Source of the DNA: Candidatus Poribacteria bacterium
Lineage (GTDB): Bacteria > Poribacteria > WGA-4E > UBA9662
NCBI GenBank assembly: GCA_046582655.1
Contig: JAYGDX010000280.1
Span: forward strand, 32,001 to 96,000
Length of the DNA stretch: 64,000 nucleotides
Direction: 5' to 3'
In this document: positions 9,694-20,587 of the stretch, piece by piece
How positions within the stretch are numbered: the first letter of the stretch is position 1
Layout: every line of letters starts with the position of its first letter
Notes under the pieces: generated by a model
Told to the model about the DNA's origin: nothing
Database searches by the model: none
What the model saw: only the letters and a program-made list of their open reading frames with translations
Made by a program: the position numbers and the translations under genes

Positions 9694-10542
9694 ATGGATT
9701 TTGTCCGGCTAACCGAAAAACAGCGTCAGGATTTTGACGGGAATGGATATTTGATTGTACCGCAAGCCATTGATGCACAGACCGTTGCACTTCTAACTGA
9801 ATCCGGTGACCGATTAATGGCGTCGTTTGAATACGAAGGTTTTTACGCGCATAAACGTCATGGGTTAGTCCAAGAAGAGGCGTTCTTATCTCTGGTGGCG
9901 AACTCAAGTACGGTGTCTTTGATCGTTCAATTGCTAGGTACGAATATTCATATGACAAATACCTCTCTAATTTATAAACATCCACAAGATAAAACGCTTG
10001 TTTCTGAGAGGAATTGGCATCGTGACGTTGGGGTACATTTAGATTTGGGGCATGATCATCTGCCCCGTGTTGGCTTAAAGGTTGGTTACTGTCTGACAGA
10101 TTGTATGGAACCGAATTCGGGATCGACTTTGCTTGTAGCGGAAAGCAATAATTTGACTCAGCCGTTAGTTATTCCCGCCGATCAAACGGACCCGCCTGAA
10201 TTTGATGAGCCGTTTTTGAAAGCCGGCGATGCTTTCCTTTTTGAAAGCCGTACCTACCACGCACCAGCACTTAATTTTACCGATTCAATCGCCAGATCAG
10301 TCATTTATGGCTACCACTACCGTTGGATTAAACCCGACTATTATCTACGATATTATGATGGTCAGCAACAGCCGGCAGAATATTTGTTAACAAAGATGGA
10401 CGATATCACCAGACAGCTTTTAGGCGCACAAATGGATACAACGAGCCGTCCAACTCCGGATGGCATTGAGTGGCCAATAAGAGAATGGACCGAACGTCAC
10501 AACATTGCACCGGAACAAATTCCTCAAGTGAATAAGGTTTGA
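9694..10542 (+). CDS. PhyH family Fe(II)/2OG oxygenase (tandem paralog of 8779..9645)
   Basis: FDGNGYLIV, WHRD, YCLTD, KAGDAFLFESRTYH. Confidence 0.88.
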   Translation: MDFVRLTEKQRQDFDGNGYLIVPQAIDAQTVALLTESGDRLMASFEYEGFYAHKRHGLVQEEAFLSLVANSSTVSLIVQLLGTNIHMTNTSLIYKHPQDKTLVSERNWHRDVGVHLDLGHDHLPRVGLKVGYCLTDCMEPNSGSTLLVAESNNLTQPLVIPADQTDPPEFDEPFLKAGDAFLFESRTYHAPALNFTDSIARSVIYGYHYRWIKPDYYLRYYDGQQQPAEYLLTKMDDITRQLLGAQMDTTSRPTPDGIEWPIREWTERHNIAPEQIPQVNKV

Positions 10543-10712
10543 TTAACTCAGTTATGGTTGTTGAGTTCGTTACTTAATAAGTGAATTTAAATCTACCGAA
10601 ACAAAGGGAAATTTAAGCCTTATATAATCAATGTTATATGAGGCGACATAATACAATTTTAGTTAGTGGCTGTTTAATCTTGTCCAAGCTACCACTAACG
10701 TTTTCTAAGAAT

Positions 10713-10757
10713 AAAAAACGGTCAAGCAACTGATGAATATTGCTTGACCGCATTTTT
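10713..10757. terminator. Probable bidirectional intrinsic terminator between convergent genes
   Basis: Perfect 11-bp stem CGGTCAAGCAA (10719-10729) / TTGCTTGACCG (10740-10750), with an A6 run before and a T5 run after. Confidence 0.7.
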
Positions 10758-10830
10758 GATGTAGCTACTTACGAGTAATTATTAAACTTCAATATTTAAC
10801 CTGAGATTGAAGTTTCAAAAGAAATCCTGA

Positions 10831-11601
10831 TTATTTCCTAGACTTTATTCGGCTCCATGTTGTGGCTGGTTTTGACTGGGGTTCGACAGCAAAGGCATCC
10901 TCCCAACCGTTTAGCAATTGACCGATTTCGTCGGCATCTAAAGCACGATTACAAATGACAATCTCATCTATGCCACCAGTGAATGGTTCTGAACCGAACT
11001 TAAGTTGCAAAGTTGAACCGGGATGAATATCTCCACCCCACTGCGGTTTCCAGTCAGCACCGCCAGCATCTAAGGCACCTTCTTTGCTTTCAGGTTTGCC
11101 GTCAACATACATTTCCACGTTTTTACCATCATAAGTTCCAGCGACGTGATACCATTTCTTTTGTTCTAACTCGGTTTGTCCGTAGAAACCGGGAGTGATT
11201 CCCTGCGTAGTCCAAATTCTAAATGAAAATCCGTGTTTCACCGGTTCACTACTGGATTGATCTTCCAGCAGATAAGCGCCATTTTTCCTCGGGCCCGTGT
11301 CAGAATCAGCGTCAACCCGAAACCAAGCGGCAATTGTCATTTCCTTCTTGACGCTGAGTAAGCTATCCGAATCTTTGACGTCAATGCTGCCACCTCCTTT
11401 AGCAAAGACAGCCTTACCAAACTTACCCTTTTCGAATTTAAAGTCTCCAGTTTCTTTTCCCTTATTGTCGTTTCCGGATGAATCCTCGTAATCGCCATCG
11501 AGGAGCCAAACACCAACTATCGCTTTATCATCCGGTTCTAGAGCCCATAAGGACGCAGATACAAACAAAGCGAGGCATACTGTAATATCTTTTCATCACA
11601 T
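10831..11601 (-). CDS. Exported LamG-like jellyroll (concanavalin-like) protein; signal-peptide region disrupted at the 5' end
   Basis: VGVWLLDG, GKFGKAV, MTIAAW, KWYHVAGTYDG, YVDGK, FTGGIDEI..NRAL; tail AVEPQSKPATTWSRIK. The ORF track starts at 11568, but the RBS-linked starts at 11596-11601 are out of frame or followed by stops. Confidence 0.8.
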
Positions 11602-11801
11602 AACTCTCCTTTTAACGCAAAAAAACCCGACTGGTTATCGAGGTTTGATGAGTCTCAATTTAGGATCTCCAATCAAATTGTAGCATAATATTATATGTAC
11701 TGTTTTCGCAAAATCAAAAAAAACAGAAAAACTTAATATTGAAAATTGAGTCAGGTATAATTTATATCCTGTTTTCTCAAAAACATCTAAGGAAGTATCA
11801 G

Positions 11802-12575
11802 ATGAAAATTAATAAATCCTATTTTGACAAAATTAGGTTCGTTTGGCTTTTTTTTCTTATTCATGCAAATCCCCTGATAGGTGAGATTAATAGTGGCAAC
11901 CCAATTGAATCAACTGCTTACTATTTGCAGCTAACACCACCTAGTGCTGATGGGATCGGTAAATTTTACTTTGGTCGTGAAATCTCGCATGTCATGGGAC
12001 ATCAAGGCGCTAACTGGTTAGAACGTCCTGAACGCGAGTTGGAGGAGCGACCTGATATACTGATCGAGTCACTAAATATAAAACCACAAGATGTCGTCGC
12101 CGATATGGGAGTTGGAACTGGATACATTGCTTGGCGTATGGCCAGAAAATTATCATCTGACGGTTTAGTCTATGGGGTTGACATTCAACAGGAGATGCTT
12201 GATTTGTTCGTTAAGAACATGACGGATCGAGGGTTTACAAATGTTAAGGCAACGCTTGGTACCATCATCAATCCCAAATTGCCACCGAACTCGATAGATC
12301 TTGTCATTATGGTTGATGTCTACCACGAGTTTTCACACCCGTATGAAATGGTGCAGGGAATCTGTCGCGCGTTAAAGGTCGGTGGACGAGTCGCTTTCGT
12401 CGAATACCGTGCAGAGGACCCCAGTGTGCCTATTAAACGTCTACACAAGATGACCGAACTGCAGGTGTTAAAAGAAGCCACACCCCATCCTTTGGAGTGG
12501 GTGGAAACAATTGATGCTTTGCCTCGTCAACACCTGATTATCTTTAAGAAAATTTCCTATCTAGAGAATAATTAA
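11802..12575 (+). CDS. Class I SAM-dependent methyltransferase with a signal-peptide-like N-terminus
   Basis: VVADMGVGTGY, VYGVDIQ, DLVIMVDVYHE, LKVGGRVAFVEY. Start ATG 11802 after AAGGAAG (the ORF extends to 11739). Confidence 0.85.
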   Translation: MKINKSYFDKIRFVWLFFLIHANPLIGEINSGNPIESTAYYLQLTPPSADGIGKFYFGREISHVMGHQGANWLERPERELEERPDILIESLNIKPQDVVADMGVGTGYIAWRMARKLSSDGLVYGVDIQQEMLDLFVKNMTDRGFTNVKATLGTIINPKLPPNSIDLVIMVDVYHEFSHPYEMVQGICRALKVGGRVAFVEYRAEDPSVPIKRLHKMTELQVLKEATPHPLEWVETIDALPRQHLIIFKKISYLENN

Positions 12576-12616
12576 AGAACCTTTTAATCCATCAATAGAA
12601 ACTGAAGGAGACTCAT

Positions 12617-13663
12617 GTGCCGATCTTTACAGAGACGGAACTAACTCAGACCTGCTTGAAAATGCTGAAGAGCGTTGGAGTATCAAATACAGAGGCTGAG
12701 ATTGTAACTAAGTCGATGGTCGATGCCAATCTGGTCGGGCACGATTCTCATGGGATCATCCATTTACCCAAATATATTCAGGGCATAACAGATTCCTCAA
12801 TCCAGCTAGATGCAAAAGTAGAAACTGAGCGGGAGTCTCCATCTATAGCAGTATTGAATGGAAACTGGGGGTTAGGCCCCGTGATAGCAACACATGCGAT
12901 GGAATTGGCGGTTCAAAAAGCTGGACAAACCGACATTAGTTCGGTAGCTGTACGTAATTGCAATGAAGTCGGTCGATTGGGAGGTTATGGTATAGTTGCA
13001 ACAGAGCAAAATATGATCAGTATCATATCAGTTAATGATCATGGTGCAGGTCAGTGTGTTGTCCCACACGGTGGAATTGAAGCCAGACTTTCAACCAACC
13101 CGATTGTTTATGCTATCCCAGTCTTAGGTCGAGAACCAATTCTTTTGGATATGTCAACCAGCGTGGTGGCATCAGGCAAAGTCCGGATAAAAAAGAACCG
13201 AGAAGAGTCAGCACCTGAAGGATGGATTATCGATGCAGAAGGCAATCCAACAACCAACGTCGATGATTTTTATGGGCCTCCGCCAGGTGCACTGTTGCCT
13301 TTGGGAGGCATTGCTGCCCATAAAGGGTTCGGTCTCAGTTTTATTGTTGATATTTTGTCAGGTGCGTTAGGAGAGGCAGGTTGCAGCCAAGAAGGAGCAT
13401 CCAGAATTGGTAATGGTTTTTTTGTCATTATCATCAAAATTGATAGCTTTACGGATTTTTCAACTTTCAGCCAAGAAGTTGACCGCTTTATCAGGTACGT
13501 TAAGTCTGCCAAAAGATCGTCTGAATCGGAAGAGATCTATCTACCTGGCGAACGTGGATTTCGCGAGAGAGATCGGCGCTGCCGAAATGGGATCTTTATC
13601 GAAGAGGAAACGTGGGAACAAATTCGGGTGACGGCAGAGGAATATCAGGTCAAGCTCGATTGA
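12617..13663 (+). CDS. Ldh_2 family (malate/L-lactate/ureidoglycolate-type) oxidoreductase
   Basis: GHDSHG, LSTNPI, LLDMSTS, GWIIDAEGNPTT, LLPLGG...HKGFGL, YLPGE. Confidence 0.92.
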   Translation: MPIFTETELTQTCLKMLKSVGVSNTEAEIVTKSMVDANLVGHDSHGIIHLPKYIQGITDSSIQLDAKVETERESPSIAVLNGNWGLGPVIATHAMELAVQKAGQTDISSVAVRNCNEVGRLGGYGIVATEQNMISIISVNDHGAGQCVVPHGGIEARLSTNPIVYAIPVLGREPILLDMSTSVVASGKVRIKKNREESAPEGWIIDAEGNPTTNVDDFYGPPPGALLPLGGIAAHKGFGLSFIVDILSGALGEAGCSQEGASRIGNGFFVIIIKIDSFTDFSTFSQEVDRFIRYVKSAKRSSESEEIYLPGERGFRERDRRCRNGIFIEEETWEQIRVTAEEYQVKLD

Positions 13664-13693
13664 GAACTTGTCTCTTCCACAAAACAGATAGAT

Positions 13694-15016
13694 CTAACAA
13701 TCAATACTTGTTAGAATGTCCTTTAAGGTTTCAACGATTTGATCTGCTTCATCCAGAGTTAGAATCAGCGGAGGGGCGATAAAAATAATATTCTCTGGTT
13801 CATCAGCGGCATGACTGATCTTACCGATTAAAATACCACGCTCTTTCATCTGGCTAACAATTGTGCTGGTTTTCATTGTGTCCAGGTTGGTTTTGTCTGC
13901 ATTAATTAATTCGACTCCAATCATTAAACCTTTGCCTCGAACTTCGCTGACAATGGGAAAATCTTGTAACAGTTTTAGTCTTTCTAGTAGATGGGTTCCA
14001 ACCTTTGTCGCATTTTCCCACAGCCGTTCTTCTGTCAGGATTTTCAGGTTTGCCAGACCTGCCGCGCAGGTAACAGGATGGCCGGCATAGGTGCAGACTT
14101 GACCAAACTCTTGTTTGTCGCCAGGATCCCCCAAAAAAGCATTAAACACTTCTGTTGTCGCCACACAAGCAGAGAGTGGCAGATAACCGCTTGTCAATCC
14201 CTTAGCTAACGTAATAATATCAGGTTGTATATCCCAGTGTTCACAGGCAAACATAGTTCCTGTTCTGCCAAAACCAGTTATTACTTCATCAATTATTAAT
14301 AACAGATTGTGTTGATCACAAATTTCACGCAGCTTTGAAAAATAATCATCGGGTGGAACAATTACACCACCACCTCCGATAATTGGTTCTGCTATAATGG
14401 CGATGACCGTTTCAGCGCCCTCCCAACGAATGGTACGTACAATTTCATCAACGCAAGTTGGATGAACGTGCTTAAAACCTGGGACAAGCGGTTCAAACGC
14501 CGTTCTTCGCGGAGACTGGCCTGTAGCCGACATGGAACCGTAAGTGAATCCGTGATATCCACGATAACGGCTAATAATCTTATAACGGTTTTGTTCCGGA
14601 TACATTTGTCGTCCATACTGACGTGCGATCTTGATAGCTGTTTCGTTAGCTTCCGAACCACTATTACTGAAATAAACGTGATCTAGATTTCCTGGTAACA
14701 AGTCTGCTAATTGTTTGGCTAACAGTGTTGCAGGCATATTGATCTGTGAATGTGGGTAATACGGTAATTTTCGGATCTGTTGGTAAACGGCATCCGCAAT
14801 CTCCTCTCGACCATAACCGACGTTGACATTCCAAAGTCCTGAGTAGGCATCTAGATACTGACGTCCGTCTGTGTCAGTAATTGTTGTGCCTTTTGCTTCT
14901 TCAAATATGGCAAGGTCAACCTGTTCCAGATTTTTGTGCTGAAAAAGTGGATGCCAAACATGATCTCGGTCGATTTTCCTATAGTCCTGCGAGGAAAGTT
15001 CTTCCTGTATGTTCAC
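13694..15016 (-). CDS. Class III PLP-dependent aminotransferase
   Basis: YLDAYSGLWNVNVGYG, NSGSEANE, YHG, AEPIIGGGG, DEVITGFGRTG, AKGLTSGY. Confidence 0.93.
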   Translation of the reverse strand: MNIQEELSSQDYRKIDRDHVWHPLFQHKNLEQVDLAIFEEAKGTTITDTDGRQYLDAYSGLWNVNVGYGREEIADAVYQQIRKLPYYPHSQINMPATLLAKQLADLLPGNLDHVYFSNSGSEANETAIKIARQYGRQMYPEQNRYKIISRYRGYHGFTYGSMSATGQSPRRTAFEPLVPGFKHVHPTCVDEIVRTIRWEGAETVIAIIAEPIIGGGGVIVPPDDYFSKLREICDQHNLLLIIDEVITGFGRTGTMFACEHWDIQPDIITLAKGLTSGYLPLSACVATTEVFNAFLGDPGDKQEFGQVCTYAGHPVTCAAGLANLKILTEERLWENATKVGTHLLERLKLLQDFPIVSEVRGKGLMIGVELINADKTNLDTMKTSTIVSQMKERGILIGKISHAADEPENIIFIAPPLILTLDEADQIVETLKDILTSIDC

Positions 15017-15528
15017 AATGATTCCTCTCTAAAGTGTTGCCTAAACTTGGGATATGAATCTTAAAATGAGATATTCTTGCTCAAAGCGAAGTAATCTGTG
15101 TTCAAAGAGTTATAAATACCTAAACTGAATACCTTGTTGGGTTCTATTAAGACGAAACTATTCTAGCATAGAGCCTAATTTCAAGCAATGCTTTAATACT
15201 ACTGTGGATTTTTGTGTGTCAGTGACTTGGGCTATTTCAGTTTGATTGTAATTAGTTTACATCAAAGTATAAATCTGGTATCTTTATTCTTTAATCAACT
15301 GTTTACGGTTTCTGATTAACGTTCATTTGATTTTGGTTTGCCTCTTTTTGAGCGTTACCAGCGCGATTTTGTTCAGTTGAATTTACACTCATAGTATGTT
15401 GTGGTATGAATAATTTTTTGGGATGTTTCCGGATGAAAACAATTTTGGTTTTAGTAAAGGACTTGTTTCGTAGGTTACCCAGTATTCAGCCATAGCCTAA
15501 CAGCATATTTAATGGAGGTTCGATTCCT

Positions 15529-18171
15529 GTGTTAATTTTGATCGGTACACTTTTCACTATTGCAATTAATCCTGTTGAAGGCCAAAATGCCGCAGAGGTC
15601 TGGCAATCGCTCAAACGTTTGAACACTACAGCAACAGCACTTCACACCACTGCGCATCCGGATGATGAGGATGGCGCTTTGCTAACCTGGCTAAGTCGAG
15701 GTCAGGGTATTCGTACCGGATTATTTTCGCTCACTAGAGGTGAAGGTGGAGCCAACCTCATCGGGCCGGAGTTGTTCGATGCACTTGGTATCCTGCGAAC
15801 AGAAGAGCTACTGGCAGCTGCTCGGTATTATGATGTTGATCTCTTCTTTGGTAAGACAGTCGACTTTGGTTACTCCAAGCGATTGGATGAATCGATAGAA
15901 AAATGGGATCATCGCCTTTTACTTGAAGATACAGTGCGATTGATCCGAACTTATCGGCCTGAAGTGATTATTGCGAAGTACGCTGGTAATCCAGGAGATG
16001 GTCATGGTCAGCATCAAACCTCCGGAGTGATTACCCGAGAGGCATTTGGTATGGCTGCTGATCCGACTCAATTTCCTGAACAGATTCGTGCTGGGTTGCA
16101 GCCTTGGCAAGCAAAGAAATTGTACACCGCACGATCTCGACGGAGGAACAACGATACCGAACCATCCAACCTGCTGCGGATCGATACGGGAGCATATGAT
16201 CCGCTACTCGGACAGTCTTACCATGAAATTGCGCGTAAGGGGTTGAGTTACCAGCGATCACAAGGAGCTGGACAACGGCAGGCTTCCAGAGGCAGTTGGT
16301 TTTCTTCACTTCAACTGGTCGATACTGTTTTGCCCGAAGATAAATTAGAAAAGAATCCTTTCGATGGTATTGATACAACTATTATGGGAATGAGCCGTTT
16401 TACCGAACAGAACGCTGATCTGAATGCAATGCTGGTCAAACTTCAGAGGTCTATCGAAGATGCCTTAGCTGCCTGTTCGCATCGGCAACCATGGGTTGTT
16501 TTGCCTTATTTGGTAGGGGGGTTGCGGCAGACACGGGAATTGGTCGCAACCGTTGACGTTACGGAACTTCAGGAATTTAATAAAAACCACCTGTACTTTC
16601 TGTTGAAAAACAAAGAGCAAGAGTTCATGGATGCCGCTAACAAAGCATTGGGCCTTTCGATAGAAGTACTAGTTGACCCACCGCCAGCCGAAGACGGTGC
16701 TCCCAGCTTTTTTCGCTCACCAGAAACGTTCAATGTCGCGATTCCAGGTCAGGTGTTTGCGCTGACCACTAAGGTGGTTAATCCGAGTCCGTTAAGGATT
16801 GAACCGATCCAAGCAACCCTTCATATGCCAAAGCATTGGGTAGTTCGCGCCCTTCAGCAAGATCTGCCCGCGCTGAGTCATAATGGTGAAGCCCGAGCGC
16901 GTTTTGAGGTACGTGTGCCTGAGGAGGCTAATTATTCTCGACCTTATTGGTCTCGCCAATCGGAATACCATGACGACGTTTACACGGTCGATCGACCAGA
17001 GTTTGCTCATCTGCCTTTTCAACCTCCGGAAGTCGTTGGTGTGTTAACCTATCGGATTGAAGGGGTTGAATTCAAAATAACCCAACCCGCCCAAACGGTG
17101 CAAATGATCCAGCCTTGGGGTGAACGCCGTCGGTTATTGATGGTAGCCCCTGCTTTCAGTCTAACAGTTTCTCCCTCTATCGGAGTGATTTCGGTTGAAA
17201 CAGGGCAACAGACTTTTACGGCACGGGTTGAAGTTCTAAACAATGTCAAAGGGATTGCTGAAGGAAAAGTTCATCTTCAGATCCCAGAAAACTGGACGGT
17301 GACACCTAACGAACATCGTCTCCGTTTCACACATGAAGGCGAAATTCAGACTTTCCCCTTTCAGATTTCGGTGTCCCAAAATCTTGAAGTCGACGTCGAT
17401 TATACTGTGCGAGCCATGGCTGAATACAACGGGAAACAGTACACTGAAGGGTATCAAGTGATTGATCATCGCGATCTGGAACCGCGTTACCTTTATCGAC
17501 CCGCATCCATGGAGTTACACACAGTTGATGTCAAAGTCGAGCTGGGTTTGAAGATCGGTTATATCATGGGCGTCGGTGACAAAGTGCCGCAGGCATTAGA
17601 ACAAATTGGTATCAAAGTCCAGATGCTCGGCAGCGAGGATCTGGCATCCGGTGATTTGAGTTCGTTTAATACAATTGTCATTGGTATCCGCGCTTACGCA
17701 GTCCGGACAGATCTGAAGGCCTATAATCGTCGATTGCTTGATTATGTCCACCATGGTGGGAATCTTGTGGTGCAGTATCAGACACCGGAGTTTGACGCGG
17801 CACCATATGGGCCTTATCCGTATAAAATGGGTCGACGACCGGAGGAAGTATCGGAAGAAGATGCTGAGGTCACGATTCTGGAACCCAATCACCCGATTTT
17901 CAAAAGTCCAAATCAGATTACGTCCACTGATTTTAACGGGTGGGTTGAGGAACGCGGTTCCAAGTTCATGACGGAATGGGATTCTGGCTACAAACCGTTG
18001 TTGCTGTGCCGTGACAAAGATCAAGATCCACAAAATGGTGGTCTGCTAGTGGCTGACTATGGGATAGGCACTTACACCTACACGGCTTATGCTTTTTACC
18101 GTCAACTGCCTGCGGGTGTCACTGGAGCCTATCGACTTTTTGCCAATTTAATTAGTTCTGGTAATAATTAG
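15529..18171 (+). CDS. Exported PIG-L/LmbE family deacetylase with NEW3-like Ig domains and a C-terminal class I GATase-like domain
   Basis: Signal-like N-terminus, AHPDDE, TRGEGG, DFGYSK, HGQH; LxxPxxWxV Ig segments; KIGYIMGVGDKVPQAL...FYRQLPAGVTGAYRLFANLIS. Confidence 0.88.
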   Translation: MLILIGTLFTIAINPVEGQNAAEVWQSLKRLNTTATALHTTAHPDDEDGALLTWLSRGQGIRTGLFSLTRGEGGANLIGPELFDALGILRTEELLAAARYYDVDLFFGKTVDFGYSKRLDESIEKWDHRLLLEDTVRLIRTYRPEVIIAKYAGNPGDGHGQHQTSGVITREAFGMAADPTQFPEQIRAGLQPWQAKKLYTARSRRRNNDTEPSNLLRIDTGAYDPLLGQSYHEIARKGLSYQRSQGAGQRQASRGSWFSSLQLVDTVLPEDKLEKNPFDGIDTTIMGMSRFTEQNADLNAMLVKLQRSIEDALAACSHRQPWVVLPYLVGGLRQTRELVATVDVTELQEFNKNHLYFLLKNKEQEFMDAANKALGLSIEVLVDPPPAEDGAPSFFRSPETFNVAIPGQVFALTTKVVNPSPLRIEPIQATLHMPKHWVVRALQQDLPALSHNGEARARFEVRVPEEANYSRPYWSRQSEYHDDVYTVDRPEFAHLPFQPPEVVGVLTYRIEGVEFKITQPAQTVQMIQPWGERRRLLMVAPAFSLTVSPSIGVISVETGQQTFTARVEVLNNVKGIAEGKVHLQIPENWTVTPNEHRLRFTHEGEIQTFPFQISVSQNLEVDVDYTVRAMAEYNGKQYTEGYQVIDHRDLEPRYLYRPASMELHTVDVKVELGLKIGYIMGVGDKVPQALEQIGIKVQMLGSEDLASGDLSSFNTIVIGIRAYAVRTDLKAYNRRLLDYVHHGGNLVVQYQTPEFDAAPYGPYPYKMGRRPEEVSEEDAEVTILEPNHPIFKSPNQITSTDFNGWVEERGSKFMTEWDSGYKPLLLCRDKDQDPQNGGLLVADYGIGTYTYTAYAFYRQLPAGVTGAYRLFANLISSGNN

Positions 18172-18460
18172 CTGAATTATGTCTACCTCTAGCCCTATAG
18201 CACCTGAAATACGAACCAATGGTTTCGCTATTTAATGAAACTTGACTTTAATCTCCGATCATCTGCTGTTTGGTTGTGTCAGATGCACTGGTAAATCTTC
18301 AGGAGATATCCGTTCGTCCGAACAGTCCATCGCGTAAAATTTCAAACAATCCGAAAATAAAATGCCATGCGATTGCACCTGATACGGCAAAACCCAGTAG
18401 CGTAAACGGCGTATGCTAAGCTATATAATTCATATGCGGATATAAGATGTCTCTTGAAAA

Positions 18461-20161
18461 TTACGAACCATGATAAGGGACCAAAAACGAAAGCTGTAAA
18501 GCTGTAGACAATGCTATCAATTTTTTGCGATTCTCGTGAACTGTCCGAAAGAGTTCTTCTTTTAGACAGTACTTGGATACAAACTCCCAATCCTCTCTTG
18601 GCCAGATTTGTTGGTTGTTTTTCAAAATTTTCAGTTGGATACCGTCTCCAACTCTTTTTCTTTCTTTGTATAAGGAATGACGCTCACTAGCGGGAGAAAA
18701 AATATATCTGATGAGAGTAGATGATTCCTTGGTTATACGTTTTGACTGTATTTCTCTGTCAAATTTAAGGTTCAAATCATGTTGTTCCTTCAAGTGTCCA
18801 GTCCAAGCGATATGCCTTGTTTTTTCCGCGCTAAAGTTGTTCGCCATACATATTAGGAAAACAGCACATACTGTGTAACTCTCGAATGATTTAGATTGGT
18901 TACGGCGACTGAGAAGTGACAGAACAATCACAAATCCAACAATCAGAATAAGCGTCACGCTTTGATAATAGTATCCTCCTCTCCAAATGTCAGGCCAGGC
19001 AAGTGGATTATGACGCAAAAAAAGAAGCATAGTCATGAACACACAGAAAGCTAGTCCGGTCACAAGTATTGTCACTAACGCAATCATACCCGTTAAATCC
19101 TGTCTAGAATTTCTATTGGTACTAGAGGAACTATCGGCTACTTTCTTGATGCATAATAGAACTAATAGAATGTATGAAACTAATGTAATCATCCATGACA
19201 GCAAGTTACCGTCCAAGATGTTCCCAAAGACCATCTGAATCTGTAGCACCACCAATTTTAGTCCAGTCCACATACCTCCAATGTATGAAGAAAGATCCAG
19301 TTGCAGAAAAAAACTTAAGGAAGACCAACCACGGTCAGGGTAGTTTCCCCTAACGGACTTGATGATGTAGGGACATAAGCTGTAATCCCAATAAAGATAG
19401 AAACAGAAAGCTAACGTGAAGGATAAGGCAAATAATAGAATGCGCCAGTGGGCTTGTTTGTATGACAGGCGAATAATTGCCATTAAAAGACTCAAGCCGA
19501 TTAACCACAAGCCGATAAGGACTCCTTGCTTATCTGTGATAAATGATAAAAAGATACCTAGAGGTAATAGGATATATAGGGCTATATTTTGCGGCTTAGC
19601 AGATGCTTTGAGACATCTGATGAAATATAGTATCCAAAGTGAAGCCCAGAACGCGGTAACGGTCTTACCACATCGAAAGTAAACTTTCTGCATGGCGAGC
19701 ATCTGCGTTGAAAGAGGAAAGAGCATAGCCAATACCAAACAAGACTTCGGATTAAATTCAGCCAAAAACTCCCTAGTAATGAAATAGAGCATAATTCCAG
19801 TTAGAATAGTAAATGTTATTTGGGTAATACTGCGAAAGCCGTATGAAAAGATAGTGATTCTATTTGCCAGTAGCACCATTTGAGCATCAATGTACTCAAA
19901 GACATAACCCAATTCTCTCGCCTGATAGTTGTTCCAGTCAGTGTGTCTTGGATCAAAGAACTTTTTAATCTCACCCCAAAATCCTTCAGTAGATGGATTC
20001 CCGTAAAACACCAGAAAGGATTCAGTTTCATTGTGTATCATGGGCCGAGTGTTAATTATGTTGGTTATCCAGGTTATCACCAAAATTATTAGGACCAACT
20101 CGGTCAGAACTTGAGGTCTTCTAATGAACTTCCCTCTTAAATTTTGTATGATTGTGTTCAT
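18461..20161 (-). CDS. Multi-pass integral membrane protein of unknown function (possibly GT-C-like)
   Basis: About 11-13 hydrophobic segments; a loop after TM1 (DWNNYQAREL..VFEYID); visibly AT-rich. Confidence 0.65.
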   Translation of the reverse strand: MNTIIQNLRGKFIRRPQVLTELVLIILVITWITNIINTRPMIHNETESFLVFYGNPSTEGFWGEIKKFFDPRHTDWNNYQARELGYVFEYIDAQMVLLANRITIFSYGFRSITQITFTILTGIMLYFITREFLAEFNPKSCLVLAMLFPLSTQMLAMQKVYFRCGKTVTAFWASLWILYFIRCLKASAKPQNIALYILLPLGIFLSFITDKQGVLIGLWLIGLSLLMAIIRLSYKQAHWRILLFALSFTLAFCFYLYWDYSLCPYIIKSVRGNYPDRGWSSLSFFLQLDLSSYIGGMWTGLKLVVLQIQMVFGNILDGNLLSWMITLVSYILLVLLCIKKVADSSSSTNRNSRQDLTGMIALVTILVTGLAFCVFMTMLLFLRHNPLAWPDIWRGGYYYQSVTLILIVGFVIVLSLLSRRNQSKSFESYTVCAVFLICMANNFSAEKTRHIAWTGHLKEQHDLNLKFDREIQSKRITKESSTLIRYIFSPASERHSLYKERKRVGDGIQLKILKNNQQIWPREDWEFVSKYCLKEELFRTVHENRKKLIALSTALQLSFLVPYHGS

Positions 20162-20587
20162 CCGATATTTTTTATTAAATACATTTAATGAGAGGAAGAT
20201 AAATATTGATAAGAATGATCAAGAATAGCGCAATTATATGTTGACAAAGAACGAACAACAGCTTCTTTACCAGTTGTCTGTAACATTTAAGATTCCTCCC
20301 TTTGACTTCACTGATTGCTGATTAACATACTCAACCAAAAGATACAATACTGTTGAGGTGAAAGTGTATGAAGTATTTACTATCTTTAATGAATTTGGGA
20401 TCTAAATCATATGGATTTTCATCGTATTGACAATACTTGTACCAAACTTGCTTCTCTACAATTGAAGTAGATAACAAGCTAAAAAAACTGTTAAAATATA
20501 TAGTAAAAGTTTGTCAATTTATTATGTGAATGTCATTGAACACATACAGTAATTTTGAATCCATAGTCTGATTAAGGAGTAATTACC

